From contig OZ024746.1 in assembly GCA_964016885.1 (NCBI GenBank), forward strand, positions 20,088,001 through 20,152,000: a stretch of DNA of 64,000 nucleotides, in the 5' to 3' direction. How positions within the stretch are numbered: position 1 is the stretch's first letter; each line of letters begins with the position of its first letter. Position numbers and translations under genes: made by a program. Under the pieces are notes generated by a model, which searched no databases, had not been told where the DNA came from, and was given only the letters and a program-made list of their open reading frames with translations. The DNA is from Eledone cirrhosa (lineage: Eukaryota). This document shows positions 24,011 through 37,329 of this stretch, in pieces.

Positions 24011-24494
24011 TTTTATACAGGTGCATTACAATCGAGATTTTGTTGGTATTGTTTTACGGTTTGTAGATACCATTTTCTCTTTTGTTGATTTGGTAATTAT
24101 TACACATTTCAAGGTAGTGAAGTTATATTCTTCGAGGCCAGATGTAGTGAATCTATTGTATGACTAGTTCTTGTATATACCAATTATGTATATATTACAG
24201 AGAAGATTATTTATATATATATATATTTATATACTGGAGTCTTTTTAACTGGAGTCTTTTTAAAATATATATATATATATATATAAATTAGAATTGGTGC
24301 TCTAAAATAGCTATATATATATATGAATGTATATTTATTAAAATAACAGATTAAAGTTTAAGCAAAGAATCGCTGCTTTCACCCTTAACGGGATCTTCTG
24401 AAACTAACAAAGTCAATCTGTAAACGCAGAACTGGATATTTCAAAAAACGTTGCAACCGGAAGACAGGAAGACGATACTTTGGTTCGTGGTAAC

Positions 24495-24762
24495 GTTCGC
24501 TGGCATAGGACGGGAAAAAACGAATAATACGTCATTAATAGGAGCGGTGAAAAACAATTACGCGCAAAGACAAAACCACGTTTATGGTATAAAAGAGGTC
24601 GTAGACTAATGTTCTCTTAGGTGGTGCATAGAGACGTTCTCTGGCAATGAACGAAAAAACGAAGATAATAAGTCATATGTGGACCGTGGAGAACAATAGC
24701 ACGCAAAGACAAAACCACGTAAATGGTATAGCAGAAATCGTAGACTAAAATTCTAACTAGGA
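24495..24762. repeat. Diverged tandem duplication, about 125-bp unit x2
   Basis: CGCAAAGACAAAACCACGT..ATGGTATA..TCGTAGACTAA occurs twice. Confidence 0.8.
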
Positions 24763-25025
24763 GACCAAATGAATCTCCGCTACAGAGTTAAGAGCAAAGT
24801 AAATAAATACAATACAGAAGTAATAGAAACAAATAAATACATACACGCAAACAGATACGTACATACACAAGCATACGCAAAACCTTACCATGGGTATACA
24901 AAACCACGCACATAAATAAATATTTAATAAATATTTGCTATACGGTTCTTATATATTTGATATATATTTTCCTTATCGAGCCCTCTTTGGATTTTAGTCA
25001 TCAATTTTATTATTATTACTATATG

Positions 25026-25383
25026 AATGTATATATAGTGTATTTTGCAATACACTATATATACATTCATATATATATAGCTATTTCAGAGCATCAATTC
25101 TAATTTTCAATTTCTGCTTGACCGGCAACTGCTCTGTATAATCAGTTCCTGATTATTTACTAGAATTCTATAAGAACCAAACATCCATGATTTCAGCAAA
25201 CAGGGGGAGTAGTTGGCTTTGATAAGCATCAATAAATGCGAAACAAGGCCTTGTCAGCTTTATCTCCCCTGTTTGCTGAAAATTAAAGTAAGCGAGTCTG
25301 TCACTACTCTAAAACAATAGCATAAGGTCTTCGAAATGCTTTTAATTAAGCATACAGTGTATTGCAAAATACACTATATATAC

Positions 25384-25386
<3 letters not shown>
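25026..25386 (+). mobile_element. Non-coding hammerhead-bearing mini-element with 31-bp palindromic terminal inverted repeats
   Basis: 25026-25056 is the reverse complement of 25356-25386; hammerhead inside. Confidence 0.6.
25191..25281 (+). ncRNA. Extended type I hammerhead ribozyme, U3-A8 core variant
   Basis: TTTCAGCAAACAGGGGGAG-tagtt-GGCT-TTGATAA-GCAT caataa ATGC-GAAA-CAAGGCCTTG-TC-AGCT-ttat-CTCCCCTGTTTGCTGAAA; all three stems pair; predicted cut after C25255. Confidence 0.85.
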
Positions 25387-25462
<76 letters not shown>

Positions 25463-25749
25463 GGTTTACATATATATATATGTGTGTGTTTTGCAACGGG
25501 TTTATTTTACACTTAATTCTGTTTAGTTGACTGTATATTTGGTCTCGATTTATACACGCTGTCGAAATACTCGATAAATACTCCGTCGCAACCGCCGCGA
25601 AGGGCTGCTTTCGGTTATTTGTCGGAGATTTCTTCATAGGAACCTTTATTCTTATAGCTTGGTCTAATTGATTTTTTATATGGTTAATTATGCTAATCTG
25701 GAGAGGAAACGGTATATATTTTATCTGGTGATTCTATAGACATGTTTTA

Positions 25750-25843
<94 letters not shown>

Positions 25844-25945
25844 TAAAAAGACTCCAGTTGCATTTTCGATTTCATCTTTTTTTCTTATACTTTCACCCGA
25901 GTAGGACATCTCGTTTTTTTTTTTTTCATTTTGTAAAAAAACCTA

Positions 25946-26542
<597 letters not shown>

Positions 26543-26964
26543 AAAATAAATATCATAAGATGAGAGGAGAACCGTAGCAAGAACACAAATGTTATCTGAT
26601 TTGAAACAAAAGGAAACCCCAGTCAGCTAAATAAACATATCAATGATGGCCTACTACGACTAGAACAGGCTGTTCCTCTTACAAACAATCAAAAAATAAT
26701 AAAAAACATTTTAAAATATACACATTCACCTTCGCCTGATTGTGTGTATGCGTGTTTTCATACATTCAGAGGTTTTGTTTATGTATATCCTTATAATATA
26801 TGTATTTGATTCAAACAATCTGTTAAATACAAATATAATATAAATAATTGTTCTTATCTATCACCATCATGAAACTAAGTGTTGCCAGGAATTTCTTTAT
26901 TTCATATAAATAAACAGGTGGACGCTATAATCAAAAGCTTGATAATAATTGAAAAAAAAAATGT

Positions 26965-27130
26965 CTATCTCGAGCCCGGAGGCTTATCAGGCAGGTTCTT
27001 ATCCTGGTTTCCCTGGGGTGAAGAGATTGAGAGTACATGACTCTCCACCTGAACAGGATGCCAGTACATTGCAAACTTAAACCCCCCAATTATAGAAGCT
27101 GGTATTCATTTTCAACAGAGTATTCTGGAA
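26965..27130 (-). mobile_element. SINE 3' portion related to 45597-45860
   Basis: The reverse complement shares the ATG(G/T)ACTG..TCCTGT(C/T)CAGG..GTACTCT..AGCCTCCGG tail. Confidence 0.6.
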
Positions 27131-27244
27131 CTTTATGCTTATTTTGACTCCCATTGAAATTCTACTTATATCCAGGTGTAACAGTTAAGAATGTAGAATG
27201 TAGAGTTTGATGACGCAATAGGTTATTGACAATATTATTATTAT

Positions 27245-27419
27245 TTGGCAGTATCGGTAGACGGTCAGATGCCATGCTTTCCAGCATAGTTACGTCCCTT
27301 TACGGTCTGAGTTCAAATCCCGTCGAGGTTAACTTTGCCTTTCATCCTTACGGGGTCAATAAAATAAAGTACAAGTAATGTACTGGGTAATTGCTGGCCT
27401 TGTGCCAAAAGTAGAAACA

Positions 27420-27470
<51 letters not shown>
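27245..27470 (+). mobile_element. SINE family A with an (ATT)n tail
   Basis: A and B boxes; a matching empty site is duplicated at 27762-27906. Confidence 0.9.
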
Positions 27471-28157
27471 GGTGGATTTTTAAATATTTCATTTCTGACA
27501 GATTTATATGTAATACAATATTCCTGTAGAAATTTGAAATCTTATTTTCACTTATCTCAGTATATCTTGTTTCTTGTTTCTTAACTGTAAGAAGTACTAG
27601 ATACTTCTCCCAGTCTGTCAAAGCTTACTAGTTCTATACGGACGTTTAAAGTGATTAAATAACTAAATAAATAAATAAATAGTACATAGGGCAATCCAAT
27701 TTAAGAGTCCCCAACTATCACCAATTGGAATGCCTACATATATATTTATCCAGATGCAATGTCTACCTATATCCAAGTGTAACAGTTAAGAATGTAGAAT
27801 GTAGATTATTGACAATATTATTATTATTGTTATTATTGGTGGATTTTTTAATATTTCATTTCTGACAGATATATATGTAATACAATATTCCTGTAGAAAT
27901 TTGAAACGCTTCGAAAAAGAGATGTTTGATCGTTTTTATCAAGAAGACTAAGATATCAAAATGATGATACTGCAAGAAGACAATTGACATGTAACAGACG
28001 ATATCTTTGCTGCAGTACTAATGTTATCAACACTATTTATTCTAAAATTATTTATATTATATTATTTGTAAACGTTCGTGAGAAAAGCATGATGAAACAG
28101 AAAGTAATATTTTATTTATGTATGTATGTAGTATGTATGTATTATGTATGTATGTAT

Positions 28158-28347
28158 TGGCAGGTGGATTGGCAGTATCGGTAGAGGGTCGGACGTCATG
28201 CTTTCCAGCATAGTTACGTCCCTTTACGATCTGAGTTCAAATCCAGCCGAGGTTAACTTTGCCTTTCATCCTTACGGGGTCGATAAAATAAAGTACCAGT
28301 AATGCACTGGGTAATTTCTGGCCTTGTGCTAATAGTAGAAACAATTA
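28158..28347 (+). mobile_element. SINE family A
   Basis: Full head, body and tail within (TATG)n. Confidence 0.9.
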
Positions 28348-28600
28348 TGTATGTATGTATTATGTATGTATGTATGTATTGTGCATGTAACTATGCTGGA
28401 AAGCATGGCGTCTGACCCTCTACTGATACTGCCAAATAATAATAATATTGTCAACAGCCTATTGCGTCATCAAACTCGACATTCTACATTCTTAACTGTT
28501 ACATCAGGATATAAGTATAATTTCAATGTGTTTATAAGTGTGTGTATGTGTGTATGAATGTATGTATGTGTATATATGCATTAATGTATGTATATATGTA

Positions 28601-28652
<52 letters not shown>

Positions 28653-28724
28653 ATGTATGTATACATATATACATGTATATATGTAAATGTATATGTGTGT
28701 GTGTATCTGTGTATGTATATATGT

Positions 28725-28896
28725 TGGGAGCCCCTACATGGACACACTAGAAAAGGAGGAAGACCAAGGTTAACATATGTTGATGCCCTAAGGACAGACA
28801 CTGGTCTGTTGGAGATGCAGGATATGGCAGCGATAATGAGGGACAGAGACCGCTGGAGAGAACTCGTCCATGGATCTCGGGAATTTTACCCGCCTT
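28725..28896 (+). mobile_element. RTE 3' end (same family as 20299 and 41021)
   Basis: [34 protein letters not shown]. Confidence 0.88.
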
Positions 28897-28910
28897 AGAT
28901 AGATATATAC

Positions 28911-28971
<61 letters not shown>

Positions 28972-28974
28972 TAC

Positions 28975-29026
<52 letters not shown>

Positions 29027-29170
29027 TTATATATATGTGTGTGTGTATGTGTATGTATGTGTGTGTGAGAGAGAGAGAGGGGGAGAAAGAGAGAGAGGGA
29101 GAGAGTACTAAGATATTGTTTCCTCCCAAAACAAAAATCTTCCCCTGTTCAGTCAACTATCTCTGTTCAC

Positions 29171-31152
29171 CTCATGCAATACATCATAGAGAGGGTGGGT
29201 AGTAAACCCGGCTTCGGTGGGGCTCTGATCAACTTGGATCAGTCTAAGGCATTCGATAGGGTCGACCATCGATACTTGGAAGCGGTTCTCAAGGCACCCG
29301 GTTTCGGTCCCGTGTTCAGAGGATGAATCGAGGCGATACACACCAGCATCTGCTCGAGGGTCAAAGTGAACGGCTACCTATCCGAGCCGTTCGCAATCAC
29401 GCATTCCATTTGACAGGGGTGCCCTCTCTCTTCCATTCTGTATGTATTGACCCTGGAGCCACTACTGCGGAAATTGGAGCTGTTGCAGGGCATCCCTCTA
29501 GAACCGGGACTGCACAAAGCGGCGTCGGCTTATGCCGACGACGTGACGGTAATGGTGTCGAGCACCTCGGAAATCGGGGTGATCGGCAACTTACTGAAAG
29601 AATACGAAACGCTGACGGGAGCAAAACTAAACCCGGACAAGTCTGTCGGTTTGCAACTCGGTACGTGGAGCGGCAAACCGATGACGTCCGACAGCGTCGT
29701 TGGACGCTGGACGGACGGACCGGTGAAATTGCTCGGGGTCTGGTTCGGTCCAGACCTCCAGGTGGAGAAAAACTGGAACGAGGTCACGGCCAAGGTGTTT
29801 GCACTCACCCAGAAGTGAGCAGAGTGCAAACTTTCCTTGAAAGGTCGAGCGGAGGTGGCGAACACTTTCATAGCGTCCGTCATCTACTACCGCTTGACTG
29901 TCGTGCCTTGTCCCCGTGAACACCTCGCCAAGATGGAACGCATGTTCTTCCAGTTTCTGTGGAAGAAGCAGGCTCCGCTGGTGAGGAGATCCGTCTGCTG
30001 TCAGCAGCCCTCCAACGGAGGGCTGGGAATGCCGTGGCTGATTATGCGCAAGCATGCGCTGAGGCTGCGGCATCTCCAGGTATTCCTCACCGACCCCCAA
30101 CCGGTGTGAGCACCGTTTGTGAGACAGGCTTTCCTACAGCTCGTCTCGCTGACGGAGCTGCAGTCCTGGGTCAAGAAAAGACCGAAAACGATGGGCCCCT
30201 GGCACATTGAATGCGCTCAGGAGCTCACAGTCTTCTGGCAAGCGGGCGCAGCAATCAGTGGAGACTCCACTTCAACATTCTATAGAGGGATTGTACGTTA
30301 CAAGGGCGACGACGTGCTCAGAGAGACTCTGGGCGTCGAAGACGATGAGCTCACCAGTCTGTTTGGTAGGACTTTCCACCCGGGACCTATGGACAACTTC
30401 CAGAGGTCCCTGGTCTGGCAGTGCTACCGAGGAGCTCTACCGGTTCGTGACAAGATCTACAGGCACGAACGCCCCGGCAGGGATCCTTCCAAGAGGACGT
30501 GTCCAAGATGCGCGCAGGACATTGAAACAATCCTGCACGCAATTGAACACTTCCCGGGTGTAACCGACCTGTGGAACTATTCAGAACAACTGCTTTCGCG
30601 TATGGGACAAATCCGGTTGACTGCCTAGTCCATAGTAAGGATCAAACCACCAGCCTCTTTCAAAATCGAAAGAGAGGCGGTTTTCCTTTGTACGGTGGCT
30701 ATGGTGAAAGAAGTTATATGGTGGACGAGGTTGAGAGGACTGAGGAGAGATGCCTTTCTCTCCGGACAACAATTGATTCCCTTCTTTAAGTATCACTTTA
30801 GAAGGAGAATCAGGGTGGAGAGAGAGGCACTGCACCCCAGTAAATTTACTGAAAGATGGGTGAATGAAGCGAAAATGCCCCGAGTGATTGGGCCTTCTCT
30901 GCTTATAAGCCTGTAGGTTGAAGAAGAGAGCAAAAGGAAGAAAGGAGCACTTGCACAACACGCTCCTGGAGTTGAGGGTTGTTCTATCGACGGGGTATTA
31001 AACAACCCATTTGTGGCGCCTCCCCCCTATTGGGGATTTCGATTGTTGTAATTGTTTGTTTTTATATTTTTTACACGACTGTATGTAAAATCCCCGGCAT
31101 GTCTTTGTATTGTCCTCTTTTCTTGTGCGCCCTTGTGGCTAATAAAGAAATA
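29171..31152 (+). mobile_element. 5'-truncated L1/Tx1-type LINE (RT plus zf-RVT pseudogene at 29171-30916)
   Basis: LDQSKAFDRVDH, QGCPLS, YADD, LLGVWFG, GGLGMP and CPRC..E..LH motifs with several in-frame stops; AATAAA at 31141; 13-bp TSD TATCTCTGTTCAC at 29158-29170 and 31153-31165. Confidence 0.95.
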
Positions 31153-31269
31153 TATCTCTGTTCACGTCATTCTTTATTAACGAAATAGGATTAACTTAGT
31201 AGTTTCGTGTTACTTCATTCAATTCATGAAACTTTTTTTTTTTTTTTTTATGGAGACATAGGAGGTAGA

Positions 31270-33470
31270 TTTTTATTGTGCTGTATCAGATGAAAGAATG
31301 GTATTTAACAAATGTATTGGTACGCGATGGGACGCCCCACAGCCCCGGCGGACAGAATGGAGAAGGCTTTTCCTCGGAGGACGGCAAGGGAGACGCGCTG
31401 GAAAAGCCACTCCAACTCGCGGGGCTCACACCTGCGGCTGGCCAGCTCAGCGCCTATGGTGGTGAGTAAGAAGGGCAGGGCATGGAGCCAGGCACCACTG
31501 TGGGGTTTCGAGGCCGCACGAAAACAAGCAAGGCGGTGCTAGTCGAGCTGGCGCGTGAGCCTGTCTGAGGTCAGGCTGCACTGGATGGCATCCTAAGTGC
31601 GTTGAGGGGACTTGACGTCAACAGGGAGGAGAAGGAGGAGGGACGTCTACTGGGCTAAGTCCCAGCCGGTCCCACGTCTCACAGGCGGCCTCAAGTTCTC
31701 TGAACACAGAGGGTTCTGTTGTGTTTTGAAGAACTCTGCTGACGAGGACGCGGCACGAGGTTACCGACGAAAGATACGCCGGCAAAGCTAGTGAGATCGG
31801 GGACCGGAGGCCTAGGCCGCCATACCTGACCGGTAAAGTGGCCTGTTGCTACCCTACGTCGTCAAACTTGACGTTGCATATCCCCTCAGCTGCTGCTCGG
31901 ATACAAGTATCGAGGTCAGCGAGGAGAGATGTCTGGGTGTAGCCCGGAGCGCTGCGAAGTGTATAGAGGAGCTTCGGCATGGCGAAGCAGTTCCTCAGCA
32001 GAAAGAGAGCTGGGTGGCCGTCAATCAAGCCCAGTCGGCTCGTGAGAGTCTGGAGCTGTTGAAGCCTGAACCTGATGGTGGAGCGGATGGCCGGCGGGTG
32101 GATCTGTGACCCGAGGATGAGGACATCCTCTTTGGGGTCACCTGAACCTGGCGGAGAATGGACCACACGTCCAAGACGGAGGCTGCAAAGCTTGCAGCAT
32201 CGAGGCTGACGTTCACCACCTCCGACTTGGCCGAGTTGACCTTTAGGCCGATTCCCGCCAGGGCAGGAATCACCGATTGAAGGTCTTGGCAGACCGTTCG
32301 TACGGGCCCGCCCAACGTAGCATCATCCATATACCAAACGTTGAGAGGGGCCGTGATACTCCGGGCGATGTGATCAATACCAAGGGCGAACAAGAGGAGT
32401 CCCAAAGGGTCGCCCTGTTGGACCCCAGTAGCCGAGGGTATGACCGTATCAGCAGCTAGGAGCATGCTCGGGGCTCCATATGACAGGTAGGCCAGCAGGT
32501 AGGCAGATCGGTCTCGGCTGAGGCAGGCCTCGAGTAGATGATCCCGGCGTAAAGAGTTAAAGGCATTCCTCGTGTCAAGCTTGACAGTGAGGGGCCTGGA
32601 GTCCCTGGATGCCGGTACCGATAGGCAGCTGCTGAAGAACTGCCTGATTGCATGAGCGGCTCCCTCACAGCCACCGGACACGCCGGCACCCAGTTGCACC
32701 GGACTAAACTCCTCACCCAGTTCGTGTGTGACGGACTTGCCGATCATCTTGGCAGCCAGCCTCCGGAAGACATTGCCCACAGCAATGGGGCGTATGCCAC
32801 CCTCTTTCTTCCTGAGAGCGGTGAGGCTGGTCGAAAAAAAGAGACCTCGGGCGTAAGCGCCAGAGCTGGGGAGGCCGAGGGCGAGTGGGGCGAAATAGAA
32901 CAGCCGCTCCCAGTCACTGACTCGATTGGAGTCCAGGGCGCTCTCAATCGAGGAAGCGAGGGCATCGGCTACCGGCACCCGTGCCGCTCTCGGGATCCTG
33001 AGTGGGATCTTCCAGAACCGCCTGAGCCGAGCGATGTTGACCAGCGAGGCTCGGGCGTCAGGAAAGCTCGCTGTTACATCTGGTGGTGTGCCAGACAGCC
33101 GTGGCTGGGAAGACGTGGAGAAGAGGCAGCTCCTGCACCTCCACGCTGCGAGGGCATTGGAAGCTCGACGAGTCAAGCCAACGCAGGTGAGGTGGTGGAA
33201 GCAGCCGCACCTCAAACAGTTCCGGCCCCTCTTCCATTTGTTAGTGATGCCGCAAGTGCTGCAGGTGTCGATTTGGAGGGGTGGGGGATAGGGCGTGGGG
33301 CCGGGGACTGGGGCACCGAGCATGGAGGGGGATACACAGGAAGGTAGAATAGCAGTAAATGAATGAGTAAATGGATGGATGTACGCACAAAAAAGGGTGA
33401 GGAGAAAACAAGGGGTTGTTCCCAGCGGAAAGACCCAGAGTTCATCACGCACACATGCGAGCAACTGAGC
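31270..33470 (-). mobile_element. Near end-to-end CRE-type LINE: PHD finger plus RT, with internal deletions and no endonuclease
   Basis: C4HC3 finger at about 33126-33263. RT motifs IRPIAVG, QLGAG..GCE, KLD..NAFN, GVQQGDPLG, YMDD; LP.R.GGLG and SGAWLHALP, joined directly to the C-terminal WLFQRVSLAVLRG; AATAAA at the 3' end. Confidence 0.9.
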
Positions 33471-34606
33471 AGTTTGTCATAGGACCTTGTGGCTGGAGGT
33501 GAGTTACTGATGCTGGGGTTGGCTTCCTCTTGTTAATGGTAGTTAACAAGAGGAGTTGTTGTTGTTAATGACACTGTTGTCGTCGTTGCCTTCCTCTTGT
33601 TAATGGTGAAGATATAGAGCGAAATACAAAATCCACCAACAGGCAATTATATAAAAAAAAGTATCTAGAAATAAAAGTCAACATTTCTGTCTGGGATATA
33701 AAGATTTGTTTTACATTTTCGCAAACAACGTAACGATATTCTCAATGGACGCGCTTACAATATTTTAATATAACTGAACTGTCGTGTCATTTAATTTGAA
33801 AGTGGAGCAAAGTAAAAGGAGAATAGTGAATTTGGAGTGTCAATTGCTTGTGATTTTTTTTTTTTTTCAATACCGGACTTACAGTTTTCCAGGATTTATA
33901 CTCATTTTTTTTTTTCCTTCAAAAGGATGGAGGCGTTTTATCTCCTCATGAAACTGACATTACTTAATGATGATCGTCATCTATGGCTTATTCATATGTA
34001 TTATTTCATAATTCTATAGAACTTTTAGAATGTTTGTGCAGTGTTCTGTGTCCAGCCAGGTTTGTACAACAGGTAAGAAAAATGATGATTCGGTGACGGT
34101 TTCTTCTGATAGGAGCCTCTTCCACGTCGGAAGATCGAAGTGTGTTTTCTTGTCTTCTTCAATACTTTCATAAACGGCTTCGGATATTTAAAACTTATGT
34201 TTCAATTGGTGCTTCCATTTCCACACGGTTCTATTGTCTTATTTACAAAAATACATTTCTATATATTTCTTTATTTATTTCTCTTCTTTTAGTATAATAT
34301 AGCGAGTTGTCACCAGTGATGTTTGAAGTTCCTTTTGTAGCAGCATATTATTTCTGTAGAAAATTTTAAGTGTGCATTTCAGATTTTTAAAAAAATTTTA
34401 GAATTGCCCAAATCTTTGAGACAAGTGCTATGACCTTATGTTTGATATTCTCTGAGTTTGAGAAGCCTTTGTAATAGGTAGCCTTTTAGCTATCATTTAC
34501 TACGTAAACACATAGTATTTCACACAAAATGTAATCTTACTGCACAGAATTAGATTTAGAGCTATACAAGTGGTGGTCAACTGTACATTAAAATAATTAC
34601 TGATGC

Positions 34607-34722
34607 ATTTTGCTTCTGAGGTGTATGCAACAGGTGTATGCAACATTTTGCTTCTGAGGTGTATGCAACAGGTGTATGCAACATTTTGCTTCTGAGGTGT
34701 ATGCAACAGGTGTATGCAACAT
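34607..34722. repeat. 38-bp tandem repeat x3 (ATTTTGCTTCTGAGGTGTATGCAACAGGTGTATGCAAC)
   Basis: Direct reading. Confidence 0.9.
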
Positions 34723-34979
34723 GCAACATGTTTGGCACTATTGACTGTCACTATAATGCTAAAGCCTCATTGCAGGACATTTTGTAGCCTGCGGAGAGAG
34801 AATTAACACAGTTTTCTCTTTTGAAACGATTGCATAAAACATTCGTTTCATTTCATCCACTGACTACGGTTGACACCGATTTTACCAAATAGACAGAAAT
34901 TGAACCATTAATATGGATATGTCTTTGAAGTATATGACACCAACATACGTGTATTTATATATACCAACATGTACGAGAC

Positions 34980-35170
34980 CGAGCGATAAGGATGTTGGAC
35001 TTGCGATCAAAATGTCATGGGTTCGATTCCTAGACTGGGTTGTGTGTTATGTTCTTGAGCAAAACATTTCATTTCACGTTACTCCAGTATAGTCAGCTGA
35101 AAAATGAACATCAGCAATAGCTAAGAGTTTAATCTTATGATGGACTGGCGTCCTGTCCACGGGAGGATAC
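34980..35170 (+). mobile_element. CORE-type tRNA-SINE (family B)
   Basis: Box B GGTTCGATTCC; CTTGAGCAAAACATTT. Confidence 0.75.
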
Positions 35171-35748
35171 TTTAGACCTGTATATATAACTCAAATAAAC
35201 TCTATACTATTTTTTCTGAAGTTATACAGGACTTACTGTAAAATATCTACCAACTATAAACAAAATCTTTGAGTTCCGAAAAGATTCGACAACAGAATCT
35301 TCTAGCTGTTTTACACCTTCCTTTGATTTCAATACAAAACCGTTGCTTGACTCCGGATTCTATAGAACTGTTAATTAAATATCTACACGGCTATTTTGCT
35401 TCTAAATAATTATTTATCCAGTGAAAGTTAATGAAAATTTTTCAAAAACAAAGAAACCAAAGGCATCAAAGAAATTGTACATAAATAAATGGCAAATAAC
35501 CTTAATTATGCCATTCATAACTAGATTGGAAGTGTAAATTTGAATTGCAGAAGAGGGGGGGGGGGTGCATATAAATATACCACGATTTTAAATCACAAAC
35601 AACCTTCGATAAAATACATAAGAATAGATAACCCGAAAAAGTGGCAAAAGTGTCTCAAGAAGAGAAAAGACAGATGAAATGAGCGCCGATTAAAACAAAT
35701 GGTAGAAGCATATAAAAATGAGACTTACAACTTGTACTTGAACAAACG

Positions 35749-35945
35749 CAGACCTGTCAACTCTCCCCGTCTGACGGGGAGTTCTCCCACCCACTTTGGG
35801 GTGGGTGAGAGATGTCTTCTCTTGTGAAAATGGGTATAGCTTTCCTTATGTAAAATCTCCCCATTTTGTCTCATCTCTCCCCGTTTTAGGGCCCTTGTTT
35901 TCTCATGGTACTCCCCGTTTAGGTTTTTAGAGGTTGGCAGGTCTG
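35749..35945. mobile_element. MITE with 13-bp TIRs (possibly hAT-type)
   Basis: CAGACCTGTCAAC ... GTTGGCAGGTCTG; internal CTCCCCGT subrepeats; no clean TSD. Confidence 0.7.
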
Positions 35946-36448
35946 CAATTGATTTTCATGGGACGACTTAAGCTGAACACATGAAACTAAAGAAAAAAAT
36001 TATATATGGGAGTTGTCTCATTGATGTATCTACAGTGTGAGTATGATGAGCAACATCTCTACTTGGATACATTATTCAAAATTCATTAGTTTCTTTGTGT
36101 GAAGAAAAAATTGCATCTCCATTTTTATCGTATTTTTTTAGGCAAGGTCTTGGAATATTTTCTGGACCCATTACTTTAGTTAATCAATCTGCCACTAATG
36201 AAATTTCATTCGTTTTAATTATTTTACGTTTTTTATATATATTTTTTTATTTTAAATACAAAATAACAATTACGTATTTCCTTTAATACTGTATCCTCCC
36301 TGGGCTTTCATTTTAATTCTAACAATCATGAATGAATATAAAATTATCTGCTACGTTTGCTGGCGCATTTTTATGTCTTCACTTCCCCTAAATTGAGAAC
36401 CTGTTTACTTTCCAGGTTTGTATAGGCCATTATTAACCATTATATAGG

Positions 36449-36633
36449 TTGGTGGATTGGCAGTATCGGTAGAGTGTCAGACTCCATGCTTTGCAGCATA
36501 GAGTCTTTATGTTCTGGGTTCCAATCCCGCCGAAGTTAACTTTGCCTTTCATCCTTACGGGATCGATAAAATAAAGCACCAGTAACGCACTGGGGGTAAT
36601 TGCTGGCCTTGTGCCAAAAGTAGAAACAATTAT
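36449..36633 (+). mobile_element. SINE family A
   Basis: Head, body and tail match. Confidence 0.88.
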
Positions 36634-37329
36634 TAACAATATATCTATTTACATCTAGGTCTCAAATTGGGGAATTGAAAATTAGATGACAATGGTAGTG
36701 TAAATAAGGGGATTTAAACTGCGGACCCTATCAATTTGGCCAGCTGCGGCTCTTGAAACAAATTAGAAATTATAAACTTAACCAATAAGTAGATATTAGT
36801 TTATATAAATAAAGTAAAACTATATGGTCATATCTTAGTGGGTGTATAACAATGAATCTTTCTGACTTAAAGCTGAGAAAAATAGTAATTTGAAAAGAAA
36901 TACATCATCTACAAATAATCTGTGCGTGTATGAATGTGTGTGTATATGTATATATATGTGTGTGTGTGTGTGTGTTAGTCTACTTAAACACTTGTTTGTT
37001 TTCTTTGTTTTGTTTACGCCTCGCCCCCATCTAACTGTCAAACTTCAGTCTCCGACCCACCGTCTTCACCTTGTCTTTGTTTATTCTTTACTTACAATGC
37101 TCACTAGTGTTAAAATATTGTCCACGGCACTGCATCTCTATTAGACATTTCCAGATGTGTCCGCTGTTCTATTTAACGTTACCACCCACTTTTGCACAAC
37201 ACTATCACTAATCACAGAAGCAAGTATTAGAAAACGTCTTTCAGTTTGCGCACACTCAAGGTACACAACGAAGTATTTCTGGTGGTAGGGCAAAAACCAT
37301 GTATAATTACTGTAATGCAAAAGAGAGGA

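Noticed and set aside
24365-24410. Hammerhead-like CAGAAGA-CCC/GGG-GAAA on the minus strand
   Set aside because: U4 is mutated, and there is no UH site or stem I; at best a dead relic.
33523-33608. Hairpin and 18-bp direct repeat just outside the CRE 5' end, and a possible TCCTATG TSD
   Set aside because: Too short to distinguish from chance, and the element boundary is uncertain.
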